Virus record (IMG/VR): IMGVR_UViG_3300028591_000180
Span: 10,505 to 74,504 of that record
Strand: one strand, 5' to 3'
Origin: a virus
Taxonomy: Duplodnaviria; Caudoviricetes
Length of the DNA: 64,000 nucleotides
Position numbers and translations under genes: made by a program. Position 1 is the stretch's first letter; each line of letters begins with the position of its first letter. The notes under the pieces are model-generated. The model made no database searches and was not told the origin of the DNA. It saw only the letters and a program-made list of their open reading frames with translations. This document shows, piece by piece, positions 50,656 through 62,100 of the stretch.

Positions 50656-51780
50656 ATGTCAGCTAAAAAAATTATTTATTTTAGAATGCCATTAGTTAAT
50701 ACTGGCATCACGACTTATTACTCCACCAAGCATAGAGCTATTGATATGGGATGGAATAAGAATTATGGTGGGAAGACAGCTCCTGTTTATTCAATTAGCC
50801 GTGCTGTAGTATCAAGAATTTATAAGACTACTACAGGTGGAAATATTCTGGAATTAAGACATAATGAAGGCGAGACTACCTGGATTCAGCAGTTTAAACA
50901 CCTTTCCAAGGTTGGTGTTAAGGTAAATCAGAAAGTTAATATGGGTGAGCATATTGCTAATATGGGTTCTACTGGTACTGCTGCTACTGGACCACATTTA
51001 CATTATGCCTTATATAAATGTCCATTAGGTACTATGGTACCACAGACTAAGTGGGCAGTAAATCCTCTTGAATATACTTACGCCTATGATGATCAGGTAG
51101 TACAGGCAAAGAGTGCTAGTAAGGTAAAGAGAGTTTATGGTGTTCCTTATTGCTTTGCTGGAAATGTCCCGTTTGAGAATGATTCAACTGTTGATTCAGT
51201 AGAAGTTCTGGGTGACATGAATTGCCGTGACGCTGCTAAGGGAAAGGTTTTAGGAGAGTGTGTAAATGGCTTCTTTAAGTTTACTGATAAAGCTAAGAAA
51301 GGTGATTATACCTGGTATAAGATTGGCGACAACCGTTGGGTAGCCAATGTAAATGGAAAGGTAGAAGTAATTCCTGCTGGTTCAGCCAAGCTTGCTGCTC
51401 AGTCTGTATACGATGATGGCGATAATTCCCTAATCATTCCGGATGATCAGATTGGTATCGACTACGATGTTGAAGAAATTGATAATGCTGATCCAAACGA
51501 AGAGATTGAAGATTTTGAAGTTGATAATGGTGAAGTAGAAATTGTTGGATTCCACTTCTCAGATCATGCCTACGAAGTAGCAAAATACATTGCTATGATC
51601 GTGTTACCAGCTGTTGCTACTTTATATTCAACTTTATCTTCAATTTGGAATTTCCCATTCCAGGATGAGATCCCAGCTACTGTAATGGCCATCGATTTAT
51701 TCATGGGTGCCTTACTTAAGATTTCAAGTGATAATTATTACAAGAGTCTAGAAAAGGCTTCTATGGCTAAGAAAGGCTAG
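50656..51780 (+). CDS. M23 peptidase fused to a C-terminal Dp-1-type holin
   Basis: HRAIDMG (HxxxD), TGPHLHY (HxH); SH3-like YTWYKIG..RWVA; acidic linker; FSDHAYEVAKYIAMIVLPAVATLY...IW.FP...EI..T.MAIDLFMGALL.ISS. Confidence 0.8.
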   Translation: MSAKKIIYFRMPLVNTGITTYYSTKHRAIDMGWNKNYGGKTAPVYSISRAVVSRIYKTTTGGNILELRHNEGETTWIQQFKHLSKVGVKVNQKVNMGEHIANMGSTGTAATGPHLHYALYKCPLGTMVPQTKWAVNPLEYTYAYDDQVVQAKSASKVKRVYGVPYCFAGNVPFENDSTVDSVEVLGDMNCRDAAKGKVLGECVNGFFKFTDKAKKGDYTWYKIGDNRWVANVNGKVEVIPAGSAKLAAQSVYDDGDNSLIIPDDQIGIDYDVEEIDNADPNEEIEDFEVDNGEVEIVGFHFSDHAYEVAKYIAMIVLPAVATLYSTLSSIWNFPFQDEIPATVMAIDLFMGALLKISSDNYYKSLEKASMAKKG

Positions 51781-51804
51781 TTAAAATTTTAATTATAATA
51801 AAAT

Positions 51805-51830
51805 AGGTACCTTAGGGTACCTTTTTTCTT
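51805..51830 (+). terminator. rho-independent terminator
   Basis: AGGTACC-TTAG-GGTACCT followed by a T tract. Confidence 0.75.
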
Positions 51831-51846
51831 TGCTAAATTTATATAT
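51830..51846 (+). promoter_or_regulatory. variant late promoter TTGCTAAATTTATATAT
   Basis: First 10 nt identical to the 17-mer; upstream of 51862. Confidence 0.55.
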
Positions 51847-51861
51847 AATAGGAGGTTTTGT

Positions 51862-52698
51862 ATGTCTGAAGAAAATAATGAATTCGGATTTGGTTGTTTA
51901 CCTGGAAAGATAGACTTAAGAGATTATAAAATTAAACGAGAGGTAGCTATGGCTTATAATTACCCTGAGACTTTTTCTTTAGAGCATCCTCCAGTAAAAA
52001 ACCAAGGAGCTGTAGGATCTTGTGTAGCTCATGCTACATCTGAGATTCTTGAGTCTCATTTAAAAGAATATAAGAAATTATCTACAAATTTTTTGTATGG
52101 CATTCATTATAAATTATTTGGTAGCAAGGGCCCTGGGATGTATTTACGAGAGGCCTGTAAGATAGCTAAAGATTATGGTGACCCAGAAGAAATTTTTTGT
52201 AAAGGAAATACTGAAGTTCCACATGTTTATTCAATGGCTGAGAATTCTTTTAAGGATCCATCCGTTTTAGAAAATGCTAATAAGTATAAAATTAATAGCT
52301 ATGTTAAACTTAGGACAGAAAATGATATTAAATATTCATTAATGTATCATGGGCCAGTATTAATCAGTGTTGAATGATTTTCTGATTATGAGTTTAAATA
52401 CTCAACTGGGATTTTATCTCCTGGTGTAAAAAGTGCTGGGCTGCATTGTATTATGATTTATGGGTGAAATGAAGATGGTTGGTTATGCCAGAATTCATGG
52501 GGAGAGCTCTGAGGTAAAAACGGTTGTTTTGTTCTTCCTTATACTTATGAAATCAATGAGGCTTATGCCTTAATTTCTGATCCTTCTAGAGACGATATAA
52601 ATAAAGTTAAAAGGTGTAAGCTTTTAGATTTTATGTATAAAATATTAAATAATTTAATAAATTGGTTTGTTGATGTATTTAGGTGACTTAAGAAATAA
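51862..52698 (+). CDS. papain-like C1A cysteine protease (TGA=Trp x4)
   Basis: NQGAVGSCVAHA (Gln/Cys), HCIMIYG-W, GWLCQNSWGEL-W-GKNG. The catalytic His and Asn lie beyond the first TGA. Confidence 0.88.
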
Positions 52699-53354
52699 TG
52701 AAAATTTGTGTTGGGATAATAAGCTACTTACCTGATGGTGAGAGTATCAGGTTTCAGAGGTTTAAAAAATTAATTAATTTACTCTCAAGAATAGATAAGG
52801 TTTTTAAGTTGCCTATTTTAATAATAGCTCAAAACTGAAAAGATTGTGAAATACCAGTGCTACAGAATTCTTTATTAATTATTTATAGCTACGACGAAGG
52901 TCTAGGAATTACTGGGGCAAGAAGAGCCCTTCGAGATAAATTTATTAATTCTGAGTTTGATTATTTAATAATGTTAGATGACGACTCTGAATTGATTGGT
53001 GATGAAAGAGATGGGATGGAATACTTATCTCAGATCTATTCTCACCCAAACATGTATGGTGTTTTTAAAAGTATGTTGCTGAAGCTTTTTGCTATCTCAA
53101 AAGAAATGTATAAGAAAATAGATTTTCCAAAGGGAGAAGCTGCCAATGGTGATTTTTTCGAAGACATGTATTTAATTATGGCTTTAGAAAAATTATACCC
53201 ATCAAAGAAATTTACTTTTAAAAGAAATGGAATAAATGAGTATTCTAATTCAGCTAATGATTCGTTATCTACCTGATATCATAAGCAGTTTGTTAAAAGG
53301 AAGATAGGCGATAATACTAGAGAAATGATAAGGAAATTAAAGCATGTCAACTAA
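52698..53354 (+). CDS. GT-A-like glycosyltransferase (TGA=Trp x2)
   Basis: IIAQN-W, GITGARRAL, YLIMLDDD, FEDMYL. Confidence 0.65.
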
Positions 53355-53988
53355 ATGTATCGGAATAATAAGTTATCTACCAGATGATCCAGAATTAAGA
53401 GAAATTAGGAAATCTAGATTATTATCACTATTAAAACAATGTGATGATTGATTTAAGATTCCTATTATTATTGTAGCTCAGAATTGAGGCCAGGATATCG
53501 ATCTAAAAGTAAATAATTCTAAATTGATTGTTTATAGGTATAAAAATAGATTAGGCATTACTGGAGCCAGACTAGCTCTAGTAGATAAATTTCTTTCTTC
53601 TTCGTATGACAGGATTATTTTCATGGATGATGATATGGTCCTCAATAACCCCGAAGAAGTACATAAATATTTAACTCTTCTCGGAGACAAAGACTTCTAT
53701 TATATTCCTGGCTGGCTATGTAATTTTTGTTCAATAAGTAGACATGGTCTATCAATTGTAAATTTTGATCCTAATACTAGTGCTGAGAATCTTACTGGAT
53801 TTGAAGATTGATTATTTCTCCAGACCTGTATAAAGAAATTATCTAATGGAAAAATAAATTGTAAGCTTGGCCGTGGAGTCCGTCGAAATTATTTAGATGA
53901 TAAATATTCTACCTGGAATCCAAGTGGTATTTATAATTCTTCGAGAAATAGCAGTGTTACCAGTTTAAAAATAAGGAAGATAAAATAA
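53344..53988 (+). CDS. GT-A-like glycosyltransferase paralogue (TGA=Trp x3)
   Basis: GIISYLPD, IVAQN-W, GITGARLAL, IIFMDDD, FED-W-LFL. Confidence 0.65.
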
Positions 53989-54653
53989 TGAAATATATAA
54001 TAATGTGTGGTGGTAATTATGAAAAATTTAAGGAACCACGTTGGCTTACTAAGGTTCATGGAGAAGTCTTATTAGAAAGAACTATTAGGCTATTACGTGA
54101 ATTAGGAGTCGAAGAAATTTATATAAGTAGTAATTTTCCTGACCGCTTTAAGTATTTAGGATTACCAATTTTGATTCATCAAAATAGTTATAAAGCTGAT
54201 AAAGAAAGTCATCTTGATGGGTACTGAGTAGATGCATTTGTACCTCTGTCTATGCCTGTTTGTTATTTATGTGGAGATGTTTGATATTCAAAAGAAGCTC
54301 TAGAGAAAATAGTTAATACTGAAGCTAAAGATATTTTATTCTTTGGTACTCAGGAACCTTTTGCTAGAGGATATAATAAATCTTTTGAAGAGCCCTTAGC
54401 TTTTAAGGTAGTTGATCAAAAAAAGTTCAGAGAGTGCATTGATAAAGTAAAATATTTACAAGATAATCATTTAACTAACCGGCTACCAATTTCCTGGGAG
54501 CTTTATAGAGTTATAGATGGAATAGATCCCAATGAGCACCGTTTAGGTAAACGGTTTATAGGTATTCATGATTTCGCATTGGATATTGATTCTCCTAGAG
54601 AGGTTAAAAACTTAGAGGAAGCAATAGATAGGAACTTGGAGATTTTAGAGTAA
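53988..54653 (+). CDS. NTP transferase, LicC/sugar-phosphate nucleotidyltransferase-like (TGA=Trp x2)
   Basis: MKYIIMCGG...EPRWL.KV.GE.LLERTIRLL, YLCGDV-W-YS, DIDSP. Confidence 0.75.
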
Positions 54654-54670
54654 TTATTTAAAACCTTGAG

Positions 54671-54687
54671 TTGCTAAATTAAATATA
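54671..54687 (+). promoter_or_regulatory. putative late promoter TTGCTAAATTAAATATA
   Basis: Identical 17-mer upstream of 54706. Confidence 0.65.
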
Positions 54688-54705
54688 GTAAGGGGTGTAT
54701 TAGTT

Positions 54706-56124
54706 ATGTCATCAATTACACAAGAAGTTATAAATGGACCTGGTAGTGGTGGTGGACCAACCATCTCTTTTACAGTTTCTGATAATGATTCTTTAATTGG
54801 TTGTTTTAATTTTGTTTATGATAATTTGAATAAGGTTAAAGCAAAGGCTGGCAGTGACAAGGGTACACTTCTTGGTCCTAACATTATAAAGAATCCAATA
54901 AAAAAAGTTACTTTTAAAGATGTAGCTGATTCTAGCTTAAAGAGAAAAGTAAGGAAGGATATAGGAGAAGATAGTATTAGAACTACTATTATTTCAAACT
55001 ATAATCCTTATTATTGAAATTATAAACAGAAAAATAGTGTCGGAATTACAGGTATTAATAAAGGATGTAGAGTTAATACTTTAGATGAAATTACTGGAAA
55101 ATCAGTGTGGTGATTCCCTTGGCCAAAATCAGGTACTAATGGAATAAAATATAAAGAAAAAGATACTAAGATAGTATCACAATTAGTACCTAAGCCATCA
55201 ATTCCTAACTGTGTAGGATGATGCTATGGGAGAATTAAAGAAATTTGGTGTGTAGCCTATGATTGCGGATTCATCAGAAACAAGGCTGGATCAACTACTG
55301 TATATCAAGTAAGGTTACCTAACGGTGAATATAAAGATATTACTGGGCAGATTAAAATGTCAGCGGCTGGTGATATTCCTTCAGGAAATGCTGGTAATTG
55401 GTATACTGCTAAGTTATGGAGTAATCAGGCAGGTTTCTTTAAAACTAAACCTGAAGGGTCAGATAGTTACCGTCCTTTACCTGGAGCTGTTATCTGCTGG
55501 AAGAATAAAAGTTGTGGTCATGTAGCCTTTGTAGAAGCAGTTGTTAATTATGGCCGAGATGATGAGTATATTATAATATCAGAATCTTCATACCCTAATA
55601 CTAAATCTGGGTATAATTATGGAATTAAAGAATTAGTAAGATACCGCAAGGTTGATAGGTGAAATGCTTATTCTCCAAAAAGGAAGGGTGTTCCTTATAA
55701 TTATAGTGGTAATACTTTTAGAGGATTTTTATATTCACCTGTTTGTCAATTATCAACTGTTAAATTTCCCTGTGAACAGGAAGTACATGAAGATCCTGAT
55801 ACAGGTAGTATAATTCCAGGGTACCCCGGTTCTGGAGCTGTAATAGGTGATGATATGACTCCTGAAGAAAAGGGTACAGTTGGTGAGCTCATCGGTTCTC
55901 TGTCAGGAACTACTATTTATAAAGATATTGAATTAAATTCTTTAGTAAGAATTGAGTGAGTTGGAAATGAAAGAGACGACGGCTCAGGGAAACGAGTTAA
56001 CTATTTATGGTTAACCGGTGAAGTATTATCTATTGATTTAACAAAGCCATACCCATACGGCGTCAGTGTCGATGAGGAAAAAATAAATGGCTATTATAAG
56101 CGAGAAGATTTGAAAGTAGTATAG
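54706..56124 (+). CDS. CHAP-domain peptidoglycan hydrolase (TGA=Trp x5)
   Basis: PNCVG-W-CYGR (Cys), GNAGNWY, PGAVICW, GHVAFVE (His), ISES. TGA at 55015, 55111, 55219, 55660 and 55957; TAG 56122-56124. Confidence 0.82.
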
Positions 56125-56132
56125 GTTAAAAT

Positions 56133-59100
56133 ATGGCAATCAAAAATTTAGATATTCAATTAAAAGATAAAGACTCTAATAACTTATTCCCCTTAGCTCA
56201 TAAGGATGCTTTAGGTCGAGTTATTTCAGATACGTATCTTACTTCAGTAGACTTTTCTGATATGGAAGGAAGAGTAGAAAACGTTGAAAATTTAGTTGAG
56301 AATGCGGTATCTGGTATTGGTTATACTTATGCTAAAACTACTTCTGCAGCTCTACCTCCATCACCTAGTGATTTTATCTATACAGAAATGCCCGACGTTG
56401 AAAGAGGATATTATATCTGGCGTAAGTCTGACGTATCTAAGGTTAGTGGAGACTCTAGCGATACAATTGAAATGATCCAGGGCTTAGATGGTCTTTCTTC
56501 AAATATAACTTCAATTGAGATTAGATATGCCTATTCCGACCAGGGTACTGATCCTACTAGAATTAGTAGCAGCAGCTGGCAGTCATCTATTCCAAGTGTA
56601 GCCAGTGGATCATATCTCTGGACAAGAGTTATTACTAACTACTCAGTTGGCTCTCCAAGTACTTCATATTCTGTTGCTTATCAGGGACTAAATGGTGATC
56701 CAGGCGTATCAATTTCAAGCGTTGAAAATCATTATTTGGCTACATCTTATTCTAGTGGTGTTGGTAAGTCTGATGGTGCTTGGGGTCAATGGTCTCCAAA
56801 TGTTCAAACTATGGATTCTACTAACCAGTATCTTTGGAATTATGAATCTGTTTATGACTCAGATGGTAATAAAATAAGTGAAACTGAACCAACTATTATT
56901 GGTAGATATGGTAAAGATGGACGAGGAATTACTTCAGTTGTTGAATTTTATCAGATATCTGATAGCTCAACAGACCCACCTAAGACATGGGTTAACCCGT
57001 CTGTATCTCCTATGCCAATTACTACTTCATCAAATCCTTATCTTTGGAATTATGAAGTAATTTATTATACAGAAGGTAACCCTGTAGCTACAACTCCTCA
57101 CGTTGTTGGTGTTCATGGTGTATCAGCAGTAGCTTATAGCTTATTGGCTAATAATTATGTTTTAATAAGAAATCAGGATAGTTCGATTTCTCCTACTTCA
57201 GTTACTTTCAGCTTAACTTCTAAGACAGGAACAGGTACTCCTTCTCCTTATTCAGGAAGATTTAAGATTTATGCTTCAACTGATAATTCTACTTGAACTT
57301 TAGCCTATGATTCTAATAGTGATGAAAGTTCACATACCTTTTCATTATCTACAGATTTACCATCAGGAATAACTACTTCTAATCTAACTGGAATAAGGGG
57401 CGAAGCCTATATGGCAGGCGGATTCTCTTATTTAGTTGATAATCAGGATATTGTTGTTATTCAAGAAGGATGGAATGGTTTAAACGTAGCTACGGCTTAC
57501 TTATATAAGAGAGTACCTGAAAGCTCAGAAGGTATTACAGGTCCTACTGGTACCTTAAGATATACTTTTAATACTGGTATACTTTCAGCCGATAATTCTT
57601 CTTATTTTAATGGCTGGACACAGACTATTCCAGATGATAATGGTGATAGCTGTTATGTTATTTTGGCTACTGCTAGTTCTGCAGATTCTTATGATGATAT
57701 TACAACTACCGAGTGGAGTACTCCAGTTAGCTTTGTTAAAAGCGGCAATGACGGTGAAAACGGAACAAATGGATACAACACCGCAACTATTAGTTTTTAT
57801 AAGAGAAGCTCATCTTCATTAGCTTCAGAGAGACCATATTCAAGTACTGTAACTTATACATTCTCTACTGGACAACTGAGTACATCATCTGACCAGGGGT
57901 GGTTTAGAAATATCCCTGTTTCTGATGGAAACCCTTGTTATATTAGTAGTGCTACTGCAGTAAGCAATCAAAATACTGATGAAATTACTGTTTCTAATTG
58001 GTCTGCTCCAGTTTTAATTTTAGAAGATGGCAAAGATGGTATGGATGGTGCCCATATTTGGACTACAAATTCAGCACCTTCTACTCCTGATTATACTTTT
58101 ATTATTTCTAATTTAACTGGAGATACTAGTGCTGATGTTCAAGTAGGAGATATTATTTTCTATTCTACTTATAAATATACAGTTACTTCAGTTTCATCAG
58201 CTACCTGCTTGGCCGGGAATAGAGTTAATCTTAAAGGAGCTACTGGATCTGCTGGTTTAAATAATGCTACAGTCTATCTATATAAACGAGCGGAATCTTC
58301 TGAGACTCCAGCTGCTCCTACCGGAAATACTACTTATTACTTTGAAACAGGAGTACTGTCGGGTAACTTAGATGGCTGGTCACAAGAAATTCCTGAAAAC
58401 ACTGGTGATCCATGCTGGGTAATTTTGGCTACTGCTTCTTCAACAGAAGATCATGACGTTATTAACGGTACTGCTAGCGGTGATAGCCAGTGGAGTGTTC
58501 CTGTTGAATTTATTGTTAACGGAGCTGATGGCTTAGACGGACTTGATGGCTACAACACTGCTACTTTATATTTATATCAAAGAAGCGCAACTGAGCCAGT
58601 TATTAATAGTACTACAATGCCTACTATTACCTATACTTTTGCAACGGGAACTTGAAGTGTAGTCCCAGACGGCTGGTATAGGAATGTACCTGATAGTAAT
58701 GGAAATCCTTGCTGGATGACTACTGCCAGTGCTATTAGTAGAAATTCTTCTGTTGAGATTACCCATAACATGTGGAGTGAGGCTACTAAGCTAGCTACTG
58801 ATGGATATAATAATGCTTCTATCTTCTTGTATAAGAGAATAAATCCTTCTACAATTGATTCTAGCGGAATAGCTGGCCCCTCTGGTACTTTAACTTACAC
58901 TTTCTCAACTGGAGAATTATTGCCAGATTCTTCAAGGAATGGTTGGTCACGTGAAGTACCTCCAGAAGGAGTAAATAAATATCCTTGTTATTTCATTGTA
59001 GCTACGGCCAGTACTTCTTCTGATAGTGATAATATTACTACTGATGAATGGACTGAGGCGGTTGAATTCTCTTCAAGTGGAATTAATACTGCTACCATAA

Positions 59101-62100
59101 ATTTATATAAGAGATCATCAACTAATTTAGTAGGACAGAGACCCTTCAGTGGATCTTCTTCTACTTATGATTTCTCTGATAATTTATTAACTAGATCTGG
59201 TGGATTAAATAGCTGGAATACATCAGTACCTACTGCAGATGGAAATCCTTGTTATGTAACTAGCGCTACCGCTGTTTCAAGAGGAGATACTGCTACTATT
59301 GATGATACTAAATGGTCTGATGTTACAAAGTTGGTAGAAGATGCTTGCTCTGTAATGTTAACCAATGATAATCATACTTTTGCTGGCACTTCTACTTCTG
59401 CTATAGCTTCTAGTGTTAATACTTCTGTATTAGCCTATAAGGGATCCATTCAGGTAAAAACAATTATCAATAATATTACAACAGATAGTGCTACTGCTAC
59501 TGATATTAGTACTGCAGTTGGTGCCCCTACTGGGATGACAGTTACTGTTGTACATTCAAATTCAACACAATCATTAATAACTGTCTCTGTTAGTACTAGC
59601 ATGAATACTAGACAGGGTGTTTTAACTATACCTGTCAAGGTAGATAATACTACTTATAATCTAAATTTCTCATACTCAGTAGCTTTAGCTGGTAATGATT
59701 CAACTTCTTATAATTTAAGTTGTAGTAGTTATATTATCGTTAGAGATAAAAATAATAATCTTTCTCCTGGAGCTATTACTTTTACAGGATATTACCAGAG
59801 GGGAATTAACAGTAAAGCTAGATACAGCGGAAGATTTAAGATTTATACTTCTACTGATGGTGGATCTACTTGGAATAATGTTTCTTCTGCTACTTCAACT
59901 TCTGATGAAGAGACCAAGACATATACCATACCAGCTAACTTGAAATCCAGTTTAACTGATCTCAAGTGTGAGTTATATCAAAGTGGTGGAACATCTGTTT
60001 TATTAGATACTCAGAATGTATCCGTAGTAAATGATGGAGAAGATGGTGAGCCATCCTATAATGTTGTCTTAACTAATAGTAACCATACCTTCCCAGCTGG
60101 TACTTCTTCTGCTATTGGTGGAAATACTTCTATTGGAGTACTGGGATATAAAGGAGCTACCCAGATAGATACTAATATAGGTACTATTACTGGTAGTAAT
60201 TCTGATTACCCAAGTAAGATTTCTGCTCAAATTAGTAATAATGATACTACTTCAACAACTATTACTGTTACCGCAAGTTCTACTCTAAGTCAGGATGGAA
60301 CCTTAACTATTCCGGTAACCTTAGACGGAAGCCATACCTTCAACATGACATTCTCTTATTCTTTAGCTTTCCAGGGGACTCCTGGTAGAGATGGAGAATC
60401 AGGTAAAAATGTTGCTACTGTTTATCTATATAAAAGAGCTGACTCTGCTTCTGATGCAGGTCTCCCTCTTGGTACATTAACTTACCATTTTGATGACGGT
60501 ACTCTAACCGGTAGTACTTCAAACTTTAATGGATGAAGTCAATCAATTCCTGCAGATAATGGTAAAATTTGTTGATTAATAGTTGCTACCGCATCATCTA
60601 CGGCTCCAATTTTAATTGATGGTATTGAAAGGACGGAATGGACTCAAACACCAATTAAATTAGTCCAGAGCGGATCTAATGGCGTTTCAATTACTGATGT
60701 AGTAGAATTCTATTTAGCTAGTGCTGATTCTAGTGGTGTTACCATTAATACCCCAGGATGAGTTACTGACCCTACTCGTTCAGAAGCTACTATTTCTCCT
60801 ACACAGCCTTATCTTTGGAACTATGAAGAAGTCTGGGGAAGTGATGGTAACCTTAAAAATACTAGGAGTCCTGCAATTATCGGTAGGTATGGATTGAATG
60901 GTAATGAAGGCGTAGGAATACGTAGTATTGAAGAATATTATGGAGTTTGATCAAGTAATACTAGTTGGACAGGAATTAGTTGGATTCCTGGATCTGAAAT
61001 TTCTGATTTGCCGCCTACTTCTCGTGAATTCCCTTACCTTTGGAATTATGAGGCAATTACTTATACTAATGATAATATAGTTACTACAGCTCCAGTAGTA
61101 ATTGGTACCCATGGCGTAGATGGAATTAACGGATTAGATGGTTTTAATACAGCTACAGTTACTTTATATACTAGATCACTTACAGCTCCTGAAAAACCTT
61201 ATACTCCAGAGTCTTCTGAAGATACAGGTATTTTTAGTTATGATTTTTCAGCTGGTACTTTCACTCCAGCTTATTCAAATATTTGGAGTACTGATATCCC
61301 AGAAGATAATAGCAGTACACCTTGCTGGTCAACCAATATTACTATTATTAGTAGAAATAGTGTTGCTTCAAATCTTTCATATACTCAATGAAGTACTCCA
61401 GTAATTGTGTACATGAATGGAACTAGCGGTATTAACTATTGGGGAAATAGTAAACCTTATCTGGCTTTAGCTGATTATAGCTCTCCTACTAGATATTTAT
61501 TTAAAGAACAGGGATATACTTTTTCTAGGCCATCATCTTCTTATTCTGACTCTTTAAAAGTTTTTGAAAACGAATATTATCAATTAACTTTCAAGGCTAG
61601 TAGAACTCAGGCGGAGGGCAGCTCTGTTCAACTTCAGAAGCCTCAGAGATACCCGAACACTCTTTATGATTACATGCCTGTCCTCGAGTCATTAAAAGCT
61701 GGAGATATAATTACCATTTCGTATGAAGTAAATACTACTCAGCCAATTCAGGCTGATGCTTATATTCTTGCTCAATTAGTTGGTTCAACGGCTATATCGA
61801 ACACGACTGAGAGAAAAACTATAAGTAGAACTAATGAATGAGTAAGATATTCTGGCTCGCTAACTGTATCTCAAGAATTAATTGATATTAGAGATGGAAC
61901 TGACAGTACTCCAGCTGACAGATTAATAGCCGGCCTTAGACTATTTGATGTAGTAGGACTTACTCCAGCTTCAACTGAAGTTATAATGAAATTACGTAAC
62001 ATCAAATTTGAGTTCGGTCCAGTTGCAACTCCTTGGTCTGCTATGCCAAATGACTTAGTAGCCTCAGAAGTTGTATTGAGTTCAAATGGTTACACCTTCC

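Noticed and set aside
41926-52698. TGA as Gly (code 25) or selenocysteine
   Set aside because: Paralogous positions carry TGG, and the family motifs require Trp.
27629-61404. Alternate-frame plus-strand ORFs (27629, 39502, 39886, 55325, 56692, 56878, 57610, 61138)
   Set aside because: They overlap longer genes restored by TGA readthrough and read like off-frame translations of low-complexity sequence.
16662-61841. Fragmented ORFs as pseudogenes, frameshifts or sequencing errors
   Set aside because: Every break is a single in-frame TGA with no frame change, at Trp-compatible positions, and no TAA/TAG breaks occur.
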